Shown piece after piece: positions 39,101-49,985 of a stretch of 64,000 nucleotides of DNA. The notes beneath the pieces are model-generated. The model did no database searches. It worked only from the letters and a program-made list of their open reading frames with translations, and had not been told where the DNA came from. Numbering within the stretch: the first letter of the stretch is position 1; every line of letters starts with the position of its first letter. Origin of the DNA: Psammoneis japonica (taxonomy: Eukaryota); assembly GCA_008632985.1 (NCBI GenBank), contig QPGO01000012.1, positions 62,001-126,000 of the forward strand, in the 5' to 3' direction. A program made the translations under genes and the position numbers.

Positions 39101-42100
39101 GGGGGTTTTGCATGATTCCCCACCTTGGTCCACAAACACATGTTTGTCACAACAATTTGGTGAATGTCGATCCAAGAATCGGCAAAGCCACTTGAGAGGA
39201 CTGGCTTTGGAAACCCTTGCCACTCCATGGAGCATCCGTGTGTGATGATCGTAGACAGTGATCCAACACATTTCACCATCACATCCAAGATGATCAACCT
39301 TGCGGTCTTCATTCTTGGAAGTCTGGCCAGCAAAAGCAAAATCTACAGTGAGACCTTGGTGTGGCTGGGTTGCCTTCCGAGTCATGTTCGGTCCAGCAGG
39401 AGTCTTGACTTGCTTGGCTTGGAAACACACAGGACATGTGTCAAGGACAGGATTGGCATGTTGGAACTTTGGGATGCCCTTGACATGCTTGTGAGCATTG
39501 TGCAAGCAGTGATCACTGGGATGTCCAAGGTGTTGATGCCACAGAAGACGTTCAGTCTCAACTTTGAGAGAGCGGACAGGAGCAGAGGTAGACAACGGAG
39601 GGGAGACATGGGGAGCCAAGTCACACTGCATCAAAAACAGCTCAGCATCCATCAACAAGGGATCAGATGGACTTTGTTGGACATTGACAAAAAAGACTGC
39701 ACGTTGACATGCATCATCAACATCATCAACCAAGGACAAGTCAGGGGTCTTTGATGTTGAAGGGACACAAGACGCAGACAGAGGAACCAGGGGTTGTGTG
39801 AAGACCTTGCCATGTCAAAGTGTGCCATGGACAACTGCCTCTTGAGCATCAGTGGAAGCAGTGCAAGCACAAGTGCCATCGGCGCATGTCTTCTCAAGGA
39901 GCTCGGAGCGAATGGACTGAGGTTTGAAACCAGAAGCCCACGCAAAACCACATTCATCAATCAAAGTGGAACGCAGGCTGGGATGGCAAACGGTGCGTGC
40001 AAGAAGAAAACCTTCAGGATTGTCTGCAGGCACCTGCAGACAACCAAAGCCATGAGGGACCACATCAGAGCCTTCAGCAGCAGGAAGCATCTTCAAAGGA
40101 CAAGGGTTGTCCAGTCCAAAGGGAGCATGGGCATGGAGGAGGTTCTTGTCCCCTGTGCAGGACACCCAAGCACCAGCATCAATCTGTGCACGATGTGTCG
40201 TTGAATCACGAAGTGCGTGATTGATGGGAATGACTGGAGCAGTCAAGGATGCAAAAGTCGTAGGTGACTCCGGGGGAGAAAAAATTGGGGAGATGCGTGT
40301 GGCACTGAGAGGCGACAAATGCTGGGTGTTGGTCACATCAAGATGCTCAAATTCTTGGTCTTGATCAGTGGACAATGGGACATCAGCATCCAGTGTAGAA
40401 AGGTCTGGTTCCCTCCCCTGATTGTGATTGCCAGGGTCATCATCAGGAATCGTCTTGGGATCTGGAGTGCCAGCCTTCGTCGAGCCCGAAAGAAGGTCAG
40501 CAAATGATGCAGGTGAAAGAGGAACATCAGCGGAAGGCAACGAGTCGGTTGGACCCACTTTCAAAGTTGCCCCGCTTGCAGGAGTTTTCGGATTGGAGGA
40601 GGATGGGTGGCATTGTTCATCCGAACATGACAATGGCCCCAGAAAAAATCCTTCTTGGACGTGTCAGACTTGAGTGCATCACGAGCACGCTGATCACATT
40701 GGAGGAACTGGGAGAACCGAACAAGATGAGTGCGCAGGTGCTCAGCATTGTTCAACACAGGACACTCATGGAACAAGTGGTTGTCACCACAAACAACACA
40801 TGGACGATTCTGTGCAATGGCAGGAGAGGACTTGATCCTGCAGATGCAGGCCTTGTAGATGCCATGGAGGGCCTGTGCATCATCATCTGCAGGGACATCT
40901 ACAGCAGCAAGTTCACTCACAAAATGCTCCATGGTTTCCGCAGGTTCTTCCGCAGCAGGAGGTTCAGGTTCCTTGGGAGGCTCCTCAATCGCTGGAGGCA
41001 GAGGAGAGACTTCATCTTTGGGAAGTGAGTCAAGACCTTGGATGGGAGCTGCGAGAGAAGGAGCAGGCGAAGTGTGAAGACGATGTGGAGGACATTTGGG
41101 AGGGTCCTTGACACGAAGAGCAGGACCATCCAGTTCCTTGAGAATCTCACTGACAGTTTCAACAATCTTCTTCTGGGTGAACTTGTGTTGTTGGTTCTTG
41201 TCTTCCTGGGCATCCGCTGTTTTACAGTGAAGGTGCTTGCCACAGCGGGTGTTGCTGAGAAAAATGTTGAGCTCACCAGGGTTGTCAAGAGAGGCATCAA
41301 CATTGGAGATGACAGCTCGTAGCTGGAGACAGTCTCTGAATGGAGCACAGTGGCTAAGGACCGCAAGATTGTTTTGGTGCGGGCAGCTCTTGATCAACTC
41401 ATGTGGACGCTTCGTCCAAATCGGCAGGATGTTAAAGAGAATCATCTTGACAGCAGCACATCCATCACCATGGCATTGACGAACAATGTCAGGGTGCTTG
41501 GAGTCTGCCGGAAAAATTCCAACTTTCTGAATGTGCTGGAAGACAGTCAGTTTCATTCGGTCAAGTGCTGCTGTCATCCAGAGAGGGAGATCATCGGTTG
41601 GGTCATTGCCACAGGTGAAACCCCAATTTCCACCATCCTTGATAAAACACCACAGAGGGTGCATGTGTGTGCCACAAGCCGAGGCTTGTTGGGCTGCAGC
41701 AGTGTGCCATGCACGAATTCCTTGAGGAGAGATGTCATCACAAGTGAGGGGGTCACGAAGGAAAGACTTTGCATCCCAGTCAGTGCGATGAACGAAGAGA
41801 GAACCATCAGCAAGGATGAGACGCTCAGTGCCATCCTCGTGATGAAGGTTTCCAGACTTGCAGGGTGCCAGAGATTTTCTGAGTGCTGCTTTCCCGGCTT
41901 CCTTGCATTGACAGCGGGCTGGCACATCCTTTGGGGAAGTCCTTTTGGATTAAAGGTGTGTGATGCGCTGGCAGCAGTCAAGGAAGAAGCCGTGCCAGCA
42001 GCAGTCATGGCAGACGGTGCAGGAGATGACACCGTGGGAGCAGAGTTCTTCAATGCATTTGTCACAGCTTGCTCAAACTGTTTTGGACCAGGCAAATGAG

Positions 42101-42851
42101 TGGCTGAGGCCTTGGCAAAGTCTTCAGGAGCAGGACCTGCAGCAGCAACCGGTGGAGGTGCAGAACTTGAAGCAGCTGGTGGGTCTGGATGCGGATCATC
42201 GGAGACATCATCCCAGAAATCACAACACCAAAAACGAGGGCTGAAATGGAAACGTAGAGTCCCAACACACACATGCATGGCATCGTCGTTCTCTGAGATC
42301 GCCTTGATCACAGTCTTCTGAAGAGCACTGAGGTTCAGACAAACTGGGGGGCCTTGAGGGGTGGCCACAAAGAGAGGAGCCTTCTCAATGATCAGTCCGA
42401 TTCATGCAAGATCTTTGGTTAAGATGGCTTCAGGGATGATGAGATTGTGAACGATTTTGTGTCGGAGGACAGCAACAGCGTCGCTCTTGAGGCCTTGAGG
42501 GGCAAATCCATCCAAAAGATCTTCAGGAGCAGGGATCTCGTCCAAACAAAGGGCATTCAGGAAAGCATGGGCATCGGGCAAGCGATCATGTGGGCTGAAT
42601 TCAACCCGTGTCGTCTTGATCTTGGTCAAATCGATGGTGTTTTGATTTTTGTTCACCATGGTTGTGCAGGAAAAAAATCAAATTCCTGCACAGAGCTCTG
42701 GCATGTGTTCTACGGTGGTCGTTTGATCACAAATCGAGAGGTGAAAAAACAGCTGTGACAATGATGATAATTTCAATGAAGAAAGGGTTGACAAATCACA
42801 CAGCAGGAGTTGCAACAGAGGAGCACAGAGGAAGAGGAACAGCACACTGCT

Positions 42852-42861
42852 GCTCACAACC
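42852..42861 (-). other. Primer-binding site, half-tRNA-iMet (Ty5/copia) type: GGTTGTGAGC
   Basis: Immediately follows the 5' LTR; one mismatch to GGTTATGAGC. Confidence 0.75.
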
Positions 42862-43031
42862 TTGCGGACCAGCAGCATCGGGACAATCTGGCTGATGTCT
42901 AGGACAGATGACAACCATGCACTAGATGAGAAAGAAAAGTGAGCAAAGGAGAGATCATCGGATCTCTCCATGCTGTCTGTGCCAGTCTGTCCAACACAAG
43001 GGAGTGCACTCCCCATCTCGGATGTCTGTCA
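42862..43031 (-). repeat. 5' LTR
   Basis: Colinear with 35955-36124; followed on the minus strand by the PBS. Confidence 0.95.
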
Positions 43032-45589
43032 GAAGCCTCTCCAAGCTTCAGCAAAAAGTCTGGAAAGAGCTCATTTTCTTGACAAGCCCCATGGCTTTGT
43101 GAGCAACAAGTGTCCCAGAGGACCCCAAGCAAGTGGCTGGGAAAAGTGGCATTTTTGCTTGCAGTTGTTGACTGAACAATGAAATTTTTTTGTGGAACTC
43201 TGATGAACCAGATCTGTCTGACAGCAATTGGCGCTGTTTTTTGAACAATTCAGCAGGATTTGTGTCACCAATGTAAAAACAAATCCATGAAATTCTGCTG
43301 TGTGGAGTGTCCAAATGATTTGAGTGACATTGAATGGAGTCATGCAAATGATTGTTCACATTTGTTGAAAATGGATTGACAAGCACATGAAAGTCATCAG
43401 AGTGATGTGCTCTGCTCCATTTTACAATGTCCAGGGAAGAAAAGAGGGGAGTTTGATCTTCAAGCATCCACAAAGTCAGTGCTCCTGGATCTTAAAGACT
43501 GGCTGACATTTGGGTTGTGCTCACATGTCTGCTGAGTGAGGTGGCGCATCCTTCTGTTGGCCAACACAGCCAAGCCACAGAGTTGGCCACCAGCAGCATT
43601 GCTGCCCCCCCCCCCCCCCCTGGCAGGACTCAGCTGCACTGATGCATGGAGAACAAGAGTTTGTGGTTCTTTCTACAGGAGCAGTGCCAATGCCACACAA
43701 CCTGCTTGTGTTTTGCATTTTTTGCTCTCTTGCTTTTATGAAACAGCAGTCAGTTGGAGAGCACCTCTGTCCCCTGTGACCACATGGGCAAAAAATCATG
43801 TGTGCATCAACTGTTGTGACTGTTGCCACAAGCAACTTTTCATGCAGTGCTCTGTGCACACAAACCATGTGTTTGGGCCCTGGCAATTGTGGTGTGGATG
43901 TGCTGTTGTGGGAAACAAGAGTGGTGAAGAAGAGATGACTCAAAAGCAAATCAAATGCCAGAGACCAACAATTGAGAACTGAAAGAAGCAAAACAGACCA
44001 GACAAGGCAGCTGATGGCAAGTGGCTGGTGCAAAAGAGACAAGCTTGAGTTGGTGTGATCTCCACAAAGATGGCAGGCCACATCAGGGTCAAAAATTGCG
44101 TGCCAAGTTCTTGCAAAATTGAGTGTCAGTGGCAAGCAAATGTTGCTGTTTTCAAAGTGAAAAACATGTTTGGAGTTGCAAGTGAGTGCACTTTTCCATT
44201 GCTGAACAGAGCAGCAGCAGGTGCAACATGCGACAGCTCTTGTTTGGTTTCTTGCCCCAGTGTGCTGCAGAGAAGAACCACAAGTCAGCCAAAATGCACA
44301 AGAAAAGCCACAAGGTGACAACAATGAACAGAGCTGAGCAGCACACATGTCCACAACATGGGTTTTCTCACCCAGGGTTTCACTTTCACAGACACGTGTG
44401 CAGCACTCCACATGTCCCTGCCTCTCAGCACCCTCATTGCCCAGTGTGTGCTGGCTGTGAGAAAGCAACCTCATTTTGCCTTGCCTGCCATGGATTTTGC
44501 TGCCACCCAATTTTGTTAAAGTGGAGCTCATTTGCAGATGTTGTTTTGATTTCAGCCTTTTTTCTTCAAAGCAACACAGAGGACATGCACTTTGCAAAGA
44601 AGGCCCAGTTGTGCACTGTGCACCACACCACTGCAAAGCTCAGGCACTCCTCTTCTGCACAGCATGAAGCCCACTTTGTGGGGATGGAGGTTGCACATTG
44701 TGTGACTTCTTCACAGTGTCACCATGCATGACTTGCTTTGAGCAGACTGTGACTGGGCTGCCCTTCACAAGCACTGAGCACTTGCCTGTCTTGGCAGCAA
44801 TGTTCCTGCTGTTGTTCTTGGCTTCTCCATCTTGGCAGCAGTTCTTGGAACTTGGAAGAAAGAGTGAGGTGGGGGCTTTCTGCACAGTTTGACATGTCTA
44901 GCCCTTCACAAACACTGGCTTCCTCATGGCTTGGATGACCTGCTTTTTTTGCTGCTGGCACCCCAAGGAAGGCCCAAGTGGTGGCTGCTGCCTCCCTTGT
45001 TGTTGCTGCTGTCCAAAACACACTTCTTCTTCTCCTGTTGCAACTGCTTCACAGCCTCCTTTGCTTTGTCTGCTGCCTTCTTCTCAGACCTTTTATCATG
45101 GCCTTCTTGTGCAAGCTCCCAACACTGCTTTGGTTTGCAACATTGAAGAGAAAATGTCACTCAGTCATGCACAATTGCCCTCTGTTGCTCACTGCCTTCT
45201 CTTCTGTTGAAGCCAGCACTTTCTCCACACTGTTGAAGCCAGCACACTCCCCTCAGAGCTTTCTGAGGTTGGTTGTGGCACAAGTCATGAGAAATCAGAC
45301 CTCAAGATGGAGCTTGCACATGTGGCAGGAAACCTGGAGATGAAGCTCTGGGAAGAGAGCTGCAAGGGTGGGTGCTGGTGTGAGCAGCAAGAAGCAGACT
45401 TGCTCTCTGCCCGTCAATGTGCAGCACAACACATTGACAAAAAAAGACTTGTGGTGGCTTGTTCTGGGTGCTCACAGTGTGCAACACTGCCTCCATGTGC
45501 AACCACATCGACCACAGAAGCAGCTCACAAGCAAAGCTGTTGGTTTTCTTCAATCTGTTCTGAAGTTTCCTCCACCTCCTTCTCTTTGG

Positions 45590-46400
45590 TGTTGCCTTTC
45601 ACTCCATGCCTCCTTCCATCTTTGTTGAGGCTCCATCCCATCATTGTGCACTGTGTCAGGTTGGGGCAGCAACAGGGCATTGTCAAGTCATGCGGCAGAC
45701 CAGCAAAGCATTGGAGTGCAAAAGGGAATGAAATGGTGTGCTGTCCAAACATTTCATGACAACACAAAGCAACTCATGACAGCTTCAATCATGCACCATT
45801 GAAGTCAGCAAGCAACACATGATCAAATCAACCAAGTGACTCCATGTTGCAGTTGTTTGTCTCAGCAATGCTGAGCACACTTGAGATCAAGGTTTTGAAG
45901 TTGATGCAGAATTGTGCAGCAGGTGCTGGCATCACACAGAGCTTGTTTTCTGGTTTGCAGTCAACAATTGTGTGCAGCAAAATGTGTGTTTGTGCATTTG
46001 CTCCATGCCTTCTTCCACCTTTGTTGCTGCACCCTCTGATTGCTGTGTTTGCTTGGAGCAGCAACAGGGCATTGTTGAGTCATGTGGTGGGCTGGCAAAG
46101 CATTGGAGCAAGTGCAAGAGGGAGAGAAACACTGTGTTGTCTGTGAACATTTTATGATGCACAAAGCAACTTCATGATCATTTCAACCACATGCCACTGA
46201 AATCAGCAAACAATGCATGATCAAATCAACCAAGTGACTCCATGTTGCAGTTGTTTGTCTCAGCAACACTGAGCATGCTTTGCTTCAAGATTTTGAAATT
46301 GATGCAGAATTGTGCAGGCACTGGCATCATGCAGAGTTTGTTTGCCAGTCTGCAGCTGACAATTGTGTGCTGCAAAATGTGTGTTTTTGCATGTGGAAGC
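45590..46400. repeat. Tandem duplication, period ~398 bp
   Basis: CATGATCAAATCAACCAAGTGACTCCATGTTGCAGTTGTTTGTCTCAGCAA at ~45818 and ~46216. Confidence 0.9.
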
Positions 46401-49400
46401 TCCTGTTGCACAACATCCATGTCTTGAACAATGGCGCACTGCTCATTTGCTGTTTGTTTGGGTGCCCAAACAGTGGCACCACAACCCAACCCCCCTGGCA
46501 ACACAAAGTCATCAGGGTTGACACTTTTTGCTGTGGCATTGCAGACATGGGGCAACTGCAGTTAGATGTGGGGGGTGTTTTTCCAGTGGGATTGCTTCTG
46601 CCCTGCAAGCCTGCACTTGGCAAGAGGCAATCTAATTGCACTGAGATGGTGTGATTTTGTCTGGCAGTCAAGCTGACAAGAGACATTTGCTCAACTCACT
46701 TAAATGACAAAATTTTGGACTCAAGTGATCCAGCTAAAAATCCAAGGAAGGGTTTGATGGACAGACCAGCACCAATCACTTTCGTGCAATCCATTGTTGA
46801 AACTTTAAAGCAAGCCTGGTTTTTCTTTTAAAATGAGTTTCAGTCATCTGTCAAAACTGCTCCATGATGTGATTGTTTCTGTGGTGATCCCATTTTCCCA
46901 TTTTTGCTCTTTTCTGTTTTGCATTTTGGTTGTTCATTTTTGTTCTCTGGTGGACTTGTTTCCAATCTTCTTTTGCTCACATGGCTTTCATGAAGGTTGC
47001 CTGGAAACTGACAGAATGGATTTTTTGTTGATGGCACATCTCTTCTGCACAGTGTGAGTCCAGGCAGAAGGGAGCTGGACCCAGCAATCATGAGCCCCCT
47101 CACTTGAATTTCATGCTCAAGCTCATGTTCTTGCTTTTTGCCACAGCACAGGACCCCCTTGGTGCACTTTGAGCAAGAAGGGGGCCAACAAAATGGCTGT
47201 CAGAAGCTGTTTTGTGGCCTGACTCTGAAGCTCCATCAAAAACATGTTCCAAGCTGGCCATGCAAGACTGTGCATGAGCTGTGGTGCCTCTGTTTGCGGT
47301 GATGACAACCTGACTTTGCAGCCAGTGCACAGGGCAGAACAGCATTTTCTTTCTTTTCAGACCATGTTTCTTGCACAAAAGTGAGAAGAACGTTGCAGTT
47401 GTTGCCCTGTGATCTTTTTTTTGTGTGGTGCACAATCTGCGCATGTGACAAGGCATGCCCTCAACATCAGTGCCCTGATCTCCTAAAACTTTTCTCAAGC
47501 TTCCAGCTTGTGCATCCCTGCAGCTGTCATTTTGCCATTTCACAGTCTCTTTTGCAAGCTCTGGCAAACATGGTCCTTGCTGAATCTGTGCCCCCCCCCC
47601 CCACCTCCCCGCCAAGTCTGACAAAACATTTTTGTCTCTCCAAACTGCACACAACCCAGCAAGTTGTCCACACAAATCAAATTTGCTGTTGTTTGCCAGC
47701 TGCACCCAATTGGAAGAAACCCTTGCAGAAAACAACAGGTGAGCTGCTGCAACTCCAGGGCTCCAGGGATGATTTTGCACTGAAGTGCACCAAGTGTGCG
47801 CTGTTGATGAATTGTGCCCTTTTTGCATTGGCAAACAATGTTTCATCAACAATCAACAGTGCAGGTCAGGACCAATGTCTCTCTGCTCATTTGCAGTCCA
47901 GGAAGAATGCAAAGTTTCCAGCTTTGTTTTTTGTTTTTTGGGTCCTGGGGTTTGTGCACAAAGCACTGTGCACCATCTCACCAAGCACGTGCTGCTTTGC
48001 AACAACACTGTGCCTGGCAATTTCTTGCTCAATCAAATTGCAAAACCTTGGTGCACCATGTGTGCAACAACATTGTTGCTGACATGCCTGTTCCTGGTTC
48101 CACCCACCCAGGCAAAAAGCATGGGTGTCAGTGTTTGGAGTTTTTTCTGCCAGGAGATGCAAACCCTTGAGCTTGCACAAATCTAACTGCCGCTCAGCAA
48201 GAGCACTTCACGCACAGGACGTGGGGTGATCCTGCATGTGCAACTGGTTGGCACATGCTGAAGTGCAAGCTTGGCAACAACACGTGCTGGAAAGCTTGCT
48301 TCTGCTTTTTTTTGCCCCTCTCCAGCCCATGCACTCTTGACATGTGTCAGAGCTGGGCTGGTCTGACAGCATGTGCTGCTGTGCTGGTCAATTTAATTTT
48401 CTTGCAGAAGAGGCTTCCAGCAAAGAGTTTGTGCACCTCAAAATGTCTTGGCTTTTGCCATCATGTCTGCAACTGCCAGCGTGTTTAACAGCATTGTGCC
48501 AGTGACAGAGATGCCACCAAAGGTGCTGAGAAGGGGACTTCTTTGACTTGTGTCTGCATTGTTTGATGATGCTCTTTGCATTTTTGTTCATTTGCATCAC
48601 ATGTTTTCTGTGTTGCACTCCACACAAGCTGCAAATTTGCTTGAAGATGTTCCAGGTTTTGGTTGGTTCATTTCTTTTTCACAGGCAAGTGGGGTCTGTG
48701 ATCATTGTTTCAATTGAGTTTTGTCACAAAACTCCTGTGTCACAGTTTGCAAACCAAGACAATGGCACTGAAGGCAGCTCTCTGTTTGATCATGACCACC
48801 AAGGGTCTCATTGCAGCAGCACATCCTCTTGCTGTGTTGTGGCCCAAATTTTTGGCACACCCACAATGTGTCAAATTTTGTGAGGCAAGATTTTGGAAAC
48901 AAGCACATGCTTGGTTTTCTGCTGTGTTCATTTTTGGTCCTGCAGGGTGTGAACTGGGCTTGTTCACTCTCCAAGCACAAAACCGCAAGTCAGCAAAAGT
49001 GCAACAAGCACCCGGCAATTTTCTGTCTCTCCACCCTCAACTGTTGCAGCAGTTTGATGCTGTGCCTGTGCCATGTCAACTGGCCTGCTGAGGAACATGG
49101 GTCTCTCTACTTGGTTCAAGCTGGAATGAAATTTCTGCGTCATTGCCAGCAGAATTGTCCTTTGTGAGATTGGCGCTGTGCTGGTCTCCTCTGGCACTTT
49201 GGAGCCACCACTGGCAGTTGTGCCAACAATGCCAGAGACGCCAGTGGTGCCAAAGGGGGTGCTCTGTAGTGCCAGTGCTCAGGAGAAAGGGAGACATCAT
49301 GGTGACTTCTCTCTTTTTGCACCTGCCACCCAGCTGCCAGTGCATTTCCTGTGTCAATTTCTGTGCAAGATGCTTCAGCACCACTTCTGCAATTTGATTG

Positions 49401-49560
49401 CAGTTTCTCACTCATTGCTTCATTTCCCACCCTTTCTTTCCAGTTTTGCAAATTTTCCTTCCTTGCCTTGTTTCTGTGGATTGTCAAAATTCATCCAGAG
49501 CAAAACAAAAACTTCCCTTTGCTGTTTCTTTTCACATGTCACTGTGAAGGGAAATCCCCC

Positions 49561-49592
<32 letters not shown>

Positions 49593-49897
49593 GTTTTTAT
49601 GGCAAACTCTGTGCACCAGATTCCTTTGACAACACTTCAGTTGCACCACATTTCTGGAGCAATGCAACCTTTTTGAACAAGATCCCAAAGATGGGCACAT
49701 GTCCTTTTTTCAACATTTTGTTTTTGGTGTCTCCCAAGCCACTGGGGGGTGTGGTTGTTGGGATTTTTCCATTCTTTGAGCACAGTCAGCTGTGTGAAAA
49801 ACACCCAGCAGATTTCCTGTCTTGACTTGAAACACAAAACAGATGGATCATTCAATCAAAAATTCCTGCCGCACTGTTTGGTGTGCTGGGGGTGTGG

Positions 49898-49985
49898 GTC
49901 AATCTGGGGCTTGGGTCTGGACATGACAGCTGTTTGGTGTGCTGGGGTGTGTGTCAATCTGGGGCTTGGGTCTGGACATGACAGC
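49898..49985. repeat. Two copies of GTCAATCTGGGGCTTGGGTCTGGACATGACAGC
   Basis: Directly visible. Confidence 0.9.

Larger units (their letters stand above)
35955..43031 (-). mobile_element. Full-length inactivated Ty1/Copia LTR retrotransposon with 5-bp TSD GAAGC
   Basis: 170-bp LTRs 35955-36124 and 42862-43031; GAAGC at 35950-35954 and 43032-43036. Order gag, protease (QIDAGA), LWHQHLGHPS, integrase (VDFAF...VDQGGE), RT, RNase H (FIDAAHAN...RRSTAG...SSTEAEF...RHIDTQHFAIQDW). Confidence 0.95.

Noticed and set aside
36270..42660. Alternative genetic code or ADAR editing of retroelement RNA
   Set aside because: Changes go both TA->TG and TA->CA, differ between the two LTRs, and also affect non-coding and non-LTR DNA.
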